A DNA stretch of 64,000 nt from Candidatus Latescibacterota bacterium (GTDB taxonomy: Bacteria; Latescibacterota; UBA2968; GCA-2709665): the NCBI GenBank assembly GCA_965226795.1, contig CBDDDZ010000005.1, forward strand, positions 2,816,001 through 2,880,000, in the 5' to 3' direction. Positions 1-10,081 of the stretch are shown piece by piece. Position 1 is the stretch's first letter. Every line of letters begins with the position of its first letter. Both the position numbers and the translations under genes were made by a program. The notes below the pieces were generated by a model. It saw nothing but the letters and a program-made list of their open reading frames with translations, ran no database searches and was not told where the DNA came from.

Positions 1-339
1 GAACAGATATCTGTCAAATCCGACTTTTTCTCCGCAAAGTGTGTTGTCGGTTGGGAGACAAATCCGGCGAATTATGACCATTTTCCAAAGCAAGGTTGTC
101 TACCGTTACCGCTACTGAAAAAGGCGAGAAGCTACAGGAATTGGGGCGGTTATTGATACAACTGTGGCGCTATGGTCTGATCGAGACCAATATACGGTTT
201 TGTCTTCCCCCAGGTGCTACCCAAGCCGCCGAAAGCGATCGTCGTTGCAGTCTACGACAACCCCTTTGCATCCGGTTCCTGACCTATATCGGTCGATTCT
301 TCGAAGCGGGATGGGGCCTATAATGATCAATCCAACGCC

Positions 340-1307
340 GATTTCGGGGATGTCGAGGTCGGCAGTACAAAGTCCATAACCGTCACGGTGGCACGAATAC
401 TGGAGATCGACAGTTACCTCAATCCTTGCAACAATGTTGCAATTACAGCAAGACGCGCTATCGCGGAATTGTTCGTGGCCAGCGATGAGCAAATGAGTGT
501 TTCGCCCAGCCCTCTACGTTAACGATTCCAGCAAGGCAAAACGGCTATTTTACGCTGCGACATTGGTTATATGAGCCAAACAGAGCGGGGGATCACAGAT
601 TGTCAGCGCGGGTGACCATTCACAGCAACGATTCCAAAACGCCATCCGTCAGTTTCCCCGTTGCCGGAAAGGGGTTTCGTTCCCAGACCACGTCCTTTAC
701 ATTATCTCTTGTCGTCAATGCGCCAAAATGCGACCAGGGTGTGTATTCCACGCCTTCGGATGGCGTAATTGCCATTGAAATTCACGGGCAGAAGGTTAAG
801 GATGCTATAGGATTTCGCGCCTTGTTTGATTTTGACGCGCCATCCTTGGTTTATGCGGGTTTCGATATTGGAAACGGCATTCCCAACGGTCACTCGCCAG
901 GACCCTATTATCCCCCCGATTCTTCTTCAGTCGAAGTTATGGCAGCGTCATTTGGCGGAAAAATCGCAGAGCCGTCCGCGAAACTCGGCACGGTGCGCTT
1001 TGGCGTTTCCGATACTTTTCAGACAGGTCAAATAGGACTGCGATATGCGCGCATCAGGAGGTCTGGAAAATTTGAAGTATTCGCCGATCCAGTGGTCTTT
1101 AAGTTTTCAAAACAGGGTGGACGGACGCCCGACTTCGATGGCGACGGTACTGTCGGGTTTGGCGATTTTTTGCAGTTTGCCCAACAGTTCGGGCTCAGTC
1201 AAGGGGATGTAGGGTATGGCGCGCGGTATGATCTGGATGGTAACGGCACGATCGGATTCGGTGATTTTCTCATCTTTGCCAACGCCTTCGGCGCGTCGGG
1301 ATCGTAA
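340..1307 (+). pseudogene. 3' part of a surface/secreted protein: ASH/Ig-like domain + cohesin-like domain + paired EF-hand (dockerin-like) tail; frameshifted upstream of 600
   Basis: ORF 600-1307 ends in DFDGDGTVGFGDFLQF...YDLDGNGTIGFGDFLIF. From 340 another frame reads DFGDVEVGSTKSITVTV, then TNTGD after a shift, leading into SARVTIHSNDSKTPSVSFPVAGKG, an ASH-like pattern broken by indels. Confidence 0.65.
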
Positions 1308-1342
1308 AGTTGAAACGGGGTCCCCACTTTGCACTGCGCCGG

Positions 1343-1460
1343 CCCTGTGCCTGTCGAATGGCAGCGGAACGCGCATTTCGACAGGCTTGCTTCGACAAGC
1401 TCAGCACAGGCAATGAACGCGCTTCGACAAGCTCAGCGACCACGTTTCGACAGGCTCAAC
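1343..1460. repeat. Cluster of TTCGACA(A/G)GCT(C/T) REP-like repeats
   Basis: Direct copies at 1377, 1391, 1423 and 1446; inverted copy cctgtcgaa at 1350. Same motif in reverse orientation near 4125-4200. Confidence 0.75.
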
Positions 1461-1611
1461 GAACACAACACAGGCAACGACCGTAGCGAAACCAACGGAC
1501 GTCATTGAACCGGGCTGGTCGTGTACTTCCCGTCCGCTTTGAATAGTCACATCAGGATATTTGTATCGTGCCGCGCCTGACGGCGGTATCGATCCGTTAT
1601 CTGAATTGCCC

Positions 1612-2883
1612 ATGTCCCAACGATCCGAAGGTCCCTCCGAAACCCCACCCCGATTTCACGGCGCCCTCGCGCCGCTGAATAACCCCGACTATCGCCGGCT
1701 GCTGGCCAGTAACGGCCTCTGGTGGCAGTTCATGTGGATGGAAATCATCGTGGCCGGCTGGCTGGTCCTGGAACTGACCAACTCGGCCTGGCAGGTGTCG
1801 CTTATCGGTTTCTACCGCATGGCCCCGCTGCTGTTGGTCGGCTTTGTATCCGGACCCCTCACGGACCGGTTCGGCCGCCGGAAGATTATTATCTTCTCCC
1901 AGGCCGTCAACCTTGCCGTATCTCTCCTGATCGCCCTGATTATCCTCGCCGACCGCCTGGCCGTTTGGCATCTGGCCGTCGGCGCACTGGTCATGGGTAC
2001 GACCTGGGCGGTGGATTGGACCGCCCGGAGGTCGTTGCTGCCGGACCTGGTCGGCAAAGCCCGAACCATGGACGCCATGCTCCTTGAAGGAATCTTCCAG
2101 AACATCGCCCGGGTTGCCGGGCCCTTTTCCAGCGGCGCCCTTTACGCAACCCTGGAACCCCTTGGCTGTTATCTGATTCTGACCGGGATCGCCCTGGCTT
2201 CTCTACTGATCCTTGTGCGGCTCTCGAGACAACCCGTTCTCGAAAGAACGCCGACGGACGCTTCCCACTGGACCCGGACGTTGGAAGGGCTGCGCTATAT
2301 CCGCCGCAATCCGTCGATTCTGGGTGTTGCTCTCATTACCATTGCGATGAACTTACTGGTCTTCCCCTACCAGACCCTGTTGCCGGTGTTTGCACGGGAT
2401 ATCCTGGATCAGGGCCCTGTCGGCTTCGGCGTGCTGGCTTCCGCCAACGGAGTCGGCGCGTTCGCCGGCCTCTGGATTGTGAGCAGGCTCCGCCGCTATG
2501 TCAGTATAAGCTGGCTCTACGCGGCCGGCTCGTTTCTGATGGCCACCGCCGTAGTTGCATTTTCAATGTCCGCCGACTTCTATCTTTCCTTGGGCCTTCT
2601 CATCCTGTCAGGCATCGGCCACGCGGCCTTCGGTCTTCTCCAAAGCACCATCGTCCTGCTCTCGGCACGGGACGACATGCGAGGTCGAGCCATGGGCGGC
2701 ATCGTGCTCGCTATCGGCACGGGTCCGCCGGGCCGCCTGAGCGCGGGCGCGCTGGCCGAACGCTTCGGCGCGCCTTTCGCCGTGGGGCTGACGTGCGCCA
2801 TCGCGGCCCTGTTCGTCGTTGCAATCACGCTCGCCATGTCGGGTTTCCGGAACGCCTCGGCAGCACGGGAGGCGAACGCGTGA
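1612..2883 (+). CDS. MFS transporter
   Basis: About 12 hydrophobic segments; MFS motif A-like GPLTDRFGRRK; ATG at 1612. Confidence 0.9.
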   Translation: MSQRSEGPSETPPRFHGALAPLNNPDYRRLLASNGLWWQFMWMEIIVAGWLVLELTNSAWQVSLIGFYRMAPLLLVGFVSGPLTDRFGRRKIIIFSQAVNLAVSLLIALIILADRLAVWHLAVGALVMGTTWAVDWTARRSLLPDLVGKARTMDAMLLEGIFQNIARVAGPFSSGALYATLEPLGCYLILTGIALASLLILVRLSRQPVLERTPTDASHWTRTLEGLRYIRRNPSILGVALITIAMNLLVFPYQTLLPVFARDILDQGPVGFGVLASANGVGAFAGLWIVSRLRRYVSISWLYAAGSFLMATAVVAFSMSADFYLSLGLLILSGIGHAAFGLLQSTIVLLSARDDMRGRAMGGIVLAIGTGPPGRLSAGALAERFGAPFAVGLTCAIAALFVVAITLAMSGFRNASAAREANA

Positions 2884-2964
2884 GAAAACCGTCCCAAAGG
2901 GTCGGTATCTCCACCATCCATCTTATTTTCAGAATGTTCTGTTTGCATTGCCGCGAAACTGAAT

Positions 2965-3948
2965 CTACAGAATTCGTTCGATCGCCTCCTTCAGTGACAC
3001 CTCCAGCCTCGGGCCGTACTGCGCCACCACGCACATCGACGCGTAGTTCGCCAGTTTTGCGGACCGGACCGCGTCGAACCCGTGGGTGATCCCGAACAGA
3101 TAGGCCCCGGCGAACATATCCCCCGCGCCGTTGGTATCCACCGCGTCCACGCTGAATCCCTGCGAGCGGAACCGTTCGCCTCCGTCCCACACAATGGCGC
3201 CATTGGCCCCGCATGTCACCGCGTATGCGCCCACCATCGATTCCAGAGCGGTGCAGACTTCGTCGGTTTCGTCTGATCCCGTGAACGACCTGGCTTCGTC
3301 TTCATTGCAAAACAGCATATCCACCCCGCCGACCACGAGCGCCCGCATCCGTTCCCCGAACGCGCCCACAATGAGCGGATCGCTCAGCGACAGCGACACC
3401 CGGGTTCCCCGCGCTTGTGCGTTGACCTGGGCGGCCTGCGCCGCGGCGAACCCCTCATCGGACGCCGCCAGATACCCTTCAATATACAGATAGTCACTTC
3501 GGCCGATCACCTCGGGCTCGAGTTGCTCCGCGCCGAACGTTCCGGTAATGCCCAGATACGTATTCATCGTGCGATCGGCGTCGGCCGTGATCATGACCAG
3601 GCACTTGCCCGTAATTCCCTCACCCTGAAATCCGTTGGAAGCCACTCCGGCCGCCGCCAGATCCCTCAGATAAAAGTTCCCGAACGGGTCTTTCGCCACC
3701 TTGCATGCATAGTAAGCGCTTCCGCCCAGATTCGCCACGCCGATCATCGTATTAGCAGCCGACCCGCCCGACGAACGCTTCAGAACGTCATCGCCCAGGC
3801 GTTCAAGCAATTCGTGATGCCGGTCCTCGCCGATCAATGTCATCACGCCCTTCTCGATACCAGCCGCCGCGAGAAAGTCGGACGTTACACGATACTGAAT
3901 ATCCACCAGCGCATTGCCGATGCCGTACACATTATAGGCCCTGCCCAT
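2965..3948 (-). CDS. PfkB-family carbohydrate/adenosine kinase
   Basis: GIGNALVD, GGSAANT and DTNGAGD motifs; AGGAG upstream of ATG 3948. Confidence 0.9.
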   Translation of the reverse strand: MGRAYNVYGIGNALVDIQYRVTSDFLAAAGIEKGVMTLIGEDRHHELLERLGDDVLKRSSGGSAANTMIGVANLGGSAYYACKVAKDPFGNFYLRDLAAAGVASNGFQGEGITGKCLVMITADADRTMNTYLGITGTFGAEQLEPEVIGRSDYLYIEGYLAASDEGFAAAQAAQVNAQARGTRVSLSLSDPLIVGAFGERMRALVVGGVDMLFCNEDEARSFTGSDETDEVCTALESMVGAYAVTCGANGAIVWDGGERFRSQGFSVDAVDTNGAGDMFAGAYLFGITHGFDAVRSAKLANYASMCVVAQYGPRLEVSLKEAIERIL

Positions 3949-4124
3949 ACGCGCTCCTTGCATAATCGGTTGAATTTCTTATCATAATGCCATTCACAGA
4001 GTAGCTCTACACACCAGGCCGGTCAAGTGTCCCGTCCCAGAAATATGTCACCATTCTTCCGCCTGCCTCGCATGCTTCAGCAGGCAGGCCGATTCATCCC
4101 GTCTCGCGGCGTTGCTTGCGCTGC

Positions 4125-4200
4125 TTGTGCTGAGCCCGTCGAAGCAAGCTTGTCGAAGTGTTTACACTGCTTGTGCTGCCAGCGTTGAGCTTGTTGAAGC
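4125..4200 (-). repeat. Second cluster of TTCGACAAGCT-type REP-like repeats
   Basis: gctgagcccgtcgaagcaagcttgtcgaag and ttgagcttgttgaagc are reverse complements of the motif at 1377-1460. Confidence 0.65.
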
Positions 4201-4239
4201 AACCGCGTCTCGCCACCCCCAAACGTCCCCTATTCCCTT

Positions 4240-4444
4240 GCCCTTTTTCTTGCATCGCCCAAGAAAAAGGGCGATGCAAGAAGGGCGCCGCTCGGCGCGG
4301 GGCCGGTTTTTCCGCGAATTACTCCAGTCGCGGTTACGTACACATCCGTCCTGCGCACGCGTAAGCATGCTTCGTGCAATGGCGCTAAACGGAATAGCGC
4401 GGAAAAACCCCCCACACCACCGGCTGCACGATGGGAGAATTGCA
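4240..4444. repeat. Structured non-coding element, copy 1 (homologous to 30561-30847)
   Basis: Colinear shared blocks ctttttcttg..caagaaaaagg, ccgctcggcgcgg, ggtttttccgcgaattac, acggaatagcgcggaaaaacccc and atgggaRaattgca. Confidence 0.8.
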
Positions 4445-4757
4445 ATTCGATGATGATGTTTAACGTTAAAGCGCCCAGAACCAATCTCCACCCGCGTAGC
4501 GGTTGACCTGTTGCGGGAGTTATGCGGAACAACAGGGGACGCATGGTTATAGGCGTTCGAGGTAGATGGTGAGCGGCACGTCTCACGCTTCGCCCGTTAT
4601 GGTCCCACCTCTTCACGGCGCTGACGCCAACTGATTGAGTTTTTGATTCAAGCTGACCGCTTATTACTGATAGCTGTTTTTGCTGCTTCTGGTCGGCCGA
4701 ATTTCGGCAATCTAATTCCGGGACAGAACACTACCGATAATTACAAAGGATTAGGAT

Positions 4758-5559
4758 TTGAGCACAACCATTACCTGCAACGTGCGGGAACAAGCCATCC
4801 TCATTGACGTTGAAACCGATGGCGAAAACGAAGGTTCGCGCAACCACGAACTCTGGCGGGCGAATACCTTCAATGAGAAAGAGCCCGATACGCTGGACTG
4901 GATCGACACCTGCTTCCGACCCGGAGAAACGATTTACGACATCGGCGCGAATATCGGCCAATACGCTCTTTACGCGGCACGTAAACTGAAGGGGCGGGCT
5001 CCGATCCTCGCCTTTGAACCGGAAGCCCTGAATCAGGCCAAACTGAACAAAAACATCCTGCTAAACGACCTGGGCGAGGTTGTCACCGCCTATCCCATCG
5101 CCGTATCGGATCGCACGGCAATTCAACACTTCAAGCAGGGATCGCACGGCAATTCAACACTTCTACTCCAAAACCTTCGCCCCGGGGGCCGCGCTCCATG
5201 CGCTGGGCGAACCGGTTACGCAGGGCGCCGTGCCTTTCGCGCCCCAGAACCGCCAGGGGACGATGGCCGTGTCGCTGGACGACCTCACCGGTCGATTCGG
5301 CCTGCCGTTTCCCAACCACGTGAAAATCGACGTCGACGGCATCGAGGACAAGATCGTCGCCGGCGCATCCCGAACCCTTGAAGATCCCAGATTGAAGACT
5401 GTGCTTATCGAAGTTTACATGTTCGAAGACATGGCCCGAAAAATCGAAGCCGCCTTTTTCAGTCGCGGCTTCTCGCTGGCCAACGCCGGACCCGTCGACT
5501 ACACGGAAGGCATCGTTCAGAATCTGATCTTCAAGCGAGGGCCGAACCCATCACTGTGA
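4758..5559 (+). pseudogene. FkbM-family SAM methyltransferase, frameshifted by an internal duplication
   Basis: YDIGANIG and AFEP in ORF 4758; KIDVDGIE in ORF 5080. A 25-bp direct repeat (5108-5132 and 5139-5163) sits at the frame switch. Confidence 0.85.
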
Positions 5560-5573
5560 ATTGAGACGATACC

Positions 5574-6848
5574 ATGTCCGTTTTCGAGAAAGACGATCTG
5601 GAACGCCGGCGACGGTGTGCTTCCCGAGCCCTCGGAGGCGACCCGCCGATCGTGCTCTTCGGCGCGGGAACTCCCGTTCCCAAACCCGGCGGGCAGGACC
5701 AGACCTATCCCTTCATTCCCTATCCCGAATACTACTGGCTCACCGGTTCCAGACGCTGGGGCGGCGTGCTTGCCTACGATCCGCAGGATGGCTGGAAACA
5801 CTTCGTGCGTCCGGTTTCACAGAACGAACGGCTGTGGGAAGGCGGCGGCGAAAAGGTCGAAGGCGAGGACGTCGCCGAACTCCCGGGCTGGCTGGAACAA
5901 CGCTCAGGCCGTCCTGTCGCGGTCATTGGCGCAGCGGTGGACAATGTCGACGGCGATCTTCAACGGGCAGCGACGCTTCAGGTCTCCCTTGACCAAGTCC
6001 GCCGCCGAAAGGACGATGCAGAAATCGAATTGATCGAACGCGCGGCCGCGGCAACCGCCGCCGGCCACGCGAAAGCCCGCGAATCCATCCGTCCAGGCGT
6101 CAGCGAACGCCGCGTCCGCGTTGAACTCGAAGCCGAAATGTTCCGGTACGGCGCCGACGACGTGGCCTTCGACACCATCGTCGGCGCAGGAACCCACGCG
6201 GCCGTGCTTCACTTCGAACCCGGCGCCCGGATTGTGGAACCAAACGACCTGGTACTCATCGACGCCGGCGCATCCATTGCCGGATATGCGGCCGACGTCA
6301 CGCGCACCTATTCCGCCGGAGACCGTTTCACGCCCAGACAGCAGGCTATTTACGACCTTGTCCTTGCAGCTCAACTGGAGGCCATCTCCACGTGTCGGAA
6401 AGGCGTCGAGTGGCACGAAGTACATCGCGCCGCGGCGGGCGTCATTGCTCTGGGGCTTCGGGACCTGGGCGTACTCAGAGGGAAACCGGACGACGTCCTC
6501 GAGAGCGGCGCCATTTCGCTCTTCCTGCCCCACGGCGTCGGCCACATGGTCGGCCTTGGCGTCCGGGACGTGGGCGGCAGGGCGGCCGGACGCGAGGTCG
6601 GCGTTTATTGCGGTATCCGGATGCGCGTAGACCTGCCCCTGGAGGAGAAATTCCTGATGACCGTCGAGCCCGGAATTTACTTCGTGCCTGCTTTGCTCGA
6701 CGACGCCGAACGACGCGAACGCTTTGCCGGAATGGTGAACTGGGACGCACTGGAGGCATGGCGGGCCGTCGGCGGCGTCCGCATTGAGGACAACGTGCTC
6801 ATCACCACCGCGGAACCCCGTATTCTGACGTCCGAGATCCCTAAGTGA
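5574..6848 (+). CDS. Xaa-Pro aminopeptidase (M24B family)
   Basis: LIDAG, YAADVTRT, HGVGHMVGL, TVEPGIY and GVRIEDNV metal-binding motifs. Confidence 0.9.
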   Translation: MSVFEKDDLERRRRCASRALGGDPPIVLFGAGTPVPKPGGQDQTYPFIPYPEYYWLTGSRRWGGVLAYDPQDGWKHFVRPVSQNERLWEGGGEKVEGEDVAELPGWLEQRSGRPVAVIGAAVDNVDGDLQRAATLQVSLDQVRRRKDDAEIELIERAAAATAAGHAKARESIRPGVSERRVRVELEAEMFRYGADDVAFDTIVGAGTHAAVLHFEPGARIVEPNDLVLIDAGASIAGYAADVTRTYSAGDRFTPRQQAIYDLVLAAQLEAISTCRKGVEWHEVHRAAAGVIALGLRDLGVLRGKPDDVLESGAISLFLPHGVGHMVGLGVRDVGGRAAGREVGVYCGIRMRVDLPLEEKFLMTVEPGIYFVPALLDDAERRERFAGMVNWDALEAWRAVGGVRIEDNVLITTAEPRILTSEIPK

Positions 6849-6925
6849 TCCCGGTGGACACACGGGATGGGCAGGATCGAAGACCGGCACCCCCCAGAGC
6901 AGCTTGCACGAGGATCGAATAGATC

Positions 6926-8287
6926 ATGCCTGATCCAACCGCCGTCAATACACACGCCCCCGGCCCACGCGGGCTCCCGCTGCTCGGCTGCGTTTTTCCG
7001 TTCCGCAAGGATCCGATCGGGTACCTGATGGATGCCTGGTCCAGGTACGGCGACGTGGTCCGGATCGACATCAGGGGCAAGACGGTGCACCTCGTCACCC
7101 GGCCGGAGCACATCGAACACGTGCTCGTGCGCAGGAGAAGCACCTATTTCAAAGGCTATGGATACGAAGACCAGAAACTCCTGCTGGGCGAGGGTCTGAT
7201 AACGAGCGAGGGAGAACTCTGGGAGCGCCAGCACCGGATCATGCAGCCGTTCTTCACGCCAAGAGGAACGATGCGCTTCATGGATGTAATGGTGAACGCG
7301 ATCCGCGACATGCTTGCGCGATGGGAGCCTCTCGCGGATGGCGAACGCGTGATCCACGTCGACGAGGAGATGGCGCGCCTCACGGGGAACATCATCGTTC
7401 GTATCCTGTTCAGCAGGGATCTGAACGAAGAGACATCGCGCATCGACGAGGCATTCCAGTACTGCGTGGGGTTCATCGACCGGCGTTCCGCCGATTTGAT
7501 TGCGCTGCCCATGTTCGTCCCCACGCCAGGGAATCGCCGGTTCAAGCAATGCCTGAACGCCATCCACCGGTACATCGACGAGCAAATCGACGAGCGGCGC
7601 GTTCATCCTGGGGAGGAGGATCTGCTCTCGGTACTGATGGGCGCCCGCGACGAGGAAACCGGCGAGCGCATGGACCGGAGGCAACTTCGGGACGAACTGG
7701 TAACGCTCTTCGTTGCGGGATATCAGACAACAATGCACGCGCTCACCTGGACGTGGTACCTGCTGGATCAACACCGGCAGGTGGCAGGAAGGTTGTGGGA
7801 AGAGCAGCATTCGGTGCTGAATGGACATCCGCCGACCCTCTCGACTGTTCAACACCTTCACTATGCCAGAATGGTATTCCAGGAAGCGATGCGCCTCTAC
7901 CCCCCGATTAAAGTGATCGTGCGTGAGGCCGCGGACGACGACGAGATTGACGGGTACCATATCCCAGGAGGGTCGCTCGTGCTCGTAAGTCCCTATATCA
8001 CGCAACGCCACCCGGCGCTGTGGGAGCATCCGGAGACGTTTGACCCCGAACGATTCACCCCGGAGCATACAGAACGACGCTCCCGCTACGCTTACCTGCC
8101 CTTCAGCGCCGGACCCCGGATCTGCCTAGGCGGCAATTTCGCGATGCTGGAAGCCGCGCTGGTTCTGGCGATGGTGATCCGGCAGTATCGGCTTCAGCTT
8201 GTTCCAGGCCACCCCGTTGAACCATCTACGGACGTGAAGACGTGGCCGCTCCACGGGATGCCCATGACCATACACCGCCGCAAGTAG
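6926..8287 (+). CDS. Cytochrome P450
   Basis: I-helix AGYQTT, ExxR (EAMR), PERF, heme motif FSAGPRICLG. Confidence 0.95.
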   Translation: MPDPTAVNTHAPGPRGLPLLGCVFPFRKDPIGYLMDAWSRYGDVVRIDIRGKTVHLVTRPEHIEHVLVRRRSTYFKGYGYEDQKLLLGEGLITSEGELWERQHRIMQPFFTPRGTMRFMDVMVNAIRDMLARWEPLADGERVIHVDEEMARLTGNIIVRILFSRDLNEETSRIDEAFQYCVGFIDRRSADLIALPMFVPTPGNRRFKQCLNAIHRYIDEQIDERRVHPGEEDLLSVLMGARDEETGERMDRRQLRDELVTLFVAGYQTTMHALTWTWYLLDQHRQVAGRLWEEQHSVLNGHPPTLSTVQHLHYARMVFQEAMRLYPPIKVIVREAADDDEIDGYHIPGGSLVLVSPYITQRHPALWEHPETFDPERFTPEHTERRSRYAYLPFSAGPRICLGGNFAMLEAALVLAMVIRQYRLQLVPGHPVEPSTDVKTWPLHGMPMTIHRRK

Positions 8288-8401
8288 AAGTCAGCCGGCC
8301 ACGACACACGTGCCCGCCCGCCTGGATCACCTTCCCCTGGCCTAAGCCGAGTGCATCTGTGTCGCCAGCGTGGCCGCCCGCTGAAACGTACCCCTCCCGC
8401 G

Positions 8402-10078
8402 CTACCTCTCATCGTCCGCCTCGAGCGTGTACAGTATCGCGCCGGCATCCTCCTCGGATGGTTCGGCGCAGAGAATCCGCCACTTGTACTGGATATCCCG
8501 CTTTCCCGCGCCCGCGGCCCGCAGGACCTCGTCTTCCGCCCAACCCGGGCGCATCAGATGGAGGCACGGCGGCGCCAGCCTTCGGGAGCGGCGCTTCTCG
8601 GCATACTCCACGTTGACCCCTGCCAGCGCGCGATCCAGATGGGGAATCACTTCGTCTCTGAGCAGGTCCCGTGCAACCTCCCCCTTGAACTCCGCATAGA
8701 TTTCGTACCGGCGCGCCCCCACGTTCGCCACCACCCGGAACTGTTCGATCACCGATACATCATATCGGCGGCGGACCTCCTCCAGCGCGAGGAGAAGATG
8801 GTTCACATGCATCTTCTCTCCCGTGATGCTCGTCATGTCGCGGCCCTTGCGGATGAACGCCAGCAACGGGGCATTCCGGTAGAACCCGGTCACCTGTACG
8901 ATGTCGTGAATGTCGTATCGGTAGAGGCCGCCGGGGGTGGTCAGCAGGATCGCATAGTTCACGCCGGACTCCAGTTCGTGGCTGGACAGTACGGGCGGAT
9001 TCGGGTCATCCAAAGATGCCTCCGGGATAAACTCGTAATAGTTGCCGTTCAGTGAGAGAATGCCCGAGGCGGTGTGATCCCGGTTTGGAAGGGTAAAATG
9101 TCCTTCGCTGGCCAGAAAACCCAGGTCGCGCATGGGTGCGTCGCCGTAATATTCCGGCAGCCTCCGGGCCTGTACGCCAACGCTGCCTCCCAGCCAGCAC
9201 CCGATGAGTTTCAGGTCCGGCCAACAATCCGCGGGCAGTAGCGCCCCCTTCCGTTCCGCCACTTCCGCGAGGACCCGCGCGCGGCCCGGCTCCGGCTTCA
9301 TGAGGGCGGCCAGTTTTTCGGCGAGTTCGGGCTGGTCCGGCAAGTCAGTGCCGGTTGTGCCGTCGTGAATCGCACGAACAATGGCCTCCGCGTTCCTGAT
9401 TGCGGTTTCAGCAAGGCGGATGAGCGTGCTGGGATTGGGTGTCCCGATGTATGAAACACGCCTTGCCAGCGCCAGGCGCGCAGCCACGAAATAGCGGCGA
9501 TCGTAGTCCTTGATCTCTGAAACGGCATATGGAATCGCATAGGTGCTGCGGATCGGCCCGGGAATTCGCTGATATAGCATCCCGGACGCGCTGCCGTACG
9601 GAAGTCCCAAGGGGGTGCGACCCTCGATTGCCCGGCTTACGATACCAACAAAGGCGCCATCCAGGAACGAGGGATGGTCCTGAAGCGCACGATAGATCCA
9701 CTCCAGGGAGAAACCGGACGCGCGCCGCATGGATTCGGGCGTGACCGGGATGTACTTCGGTTCGCCCGTGGTCCCGCTCGTCATGTTCAACATGCTGGGG
9801 GCGGCCGCGGTCAGGACCGCCTGCTCACCCGCGATAATCCGGTTGACGTAGGGACGCAGCCCTTCGTAGTCCCGGATTGGGACCTGACGGCGGAAGTCGG
9901 CCTCCGTGCGGATCGTGGCGAAGCCATGATCCCTTCCAAATGCCGTGTTGGCGTTGGTTTTCATCAGGCGGAGCAGAAAGGTGTTCTGCGCGGCCTGCGG
10001 GTGTTCCGCCGCGCGGTCGAGCTTCCGCGCCAACCCGTATCCCTTCATCCGAATGAGCGTCTTGACGAGTTTTCCCAC
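8402..10078 (-). CDS. GH3-family acyl-adenylate/amide ligase
   Basis: TSGTTGEPKYIP P-loop, FLASEG, GGLYRYDIHD and GEKM motifs. Confidence 0.9.
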   Translation of the reverse strand: MGKLVKTLIRMKGYGLARKLDRAAEHPQAAQNTFLLRLMKTNANTAFGRDHGFATIRTEADFRRQVPIRDYEGLRPYVNRIIAGEQAVLTAAAPSMLNMTSGTTGEPKYIPVTPESMRRASGFSLEWIYRALQDHPSFLDGAFVGIVSRAIEGRTPLGLPYGSASGMLYQRIPGPIRSTYAIPYAVSEIKDYDRRYFVAARLALARRVSYIGTPNPSTLIRLAETAIRNAEAIVRAIHDGTTGTDLPDQPELAEKLAALMKPEPGRARVLAEVAERKGALLPADCWPDLKLIGCWLGGSVGVQARRLPEYYGDAPMRDLGFLASEGHFTLPNRDHTASGILSLNGNYYEFIPEASLDDPNPPVLSSHELESGVNYAILLTTPGGLYRYDIHDIVQVTGFYRNAPLLAFIRKGRDMTSITGEKMHVNHLLLALEEVRRRYDVSVIEQFRVVANVGARRYEIYAEFKGEVARDLLRDEVIPHLDRALAGVNVEYAEKRRSRRLAPPCLHLMRPGWAEDEVLRAAGAGKRDIQYKWRILCAEPSEEDAGAILYTLEADDER

Positions 10079-10081
10079 GGT

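Noticed and set aside
1377..1460. Possible mini CRISPR array
   Set aside because: Repeats are only ~14 bp, spacing is irregular and short, an inverted copy is present, and no cas genes are in the window.
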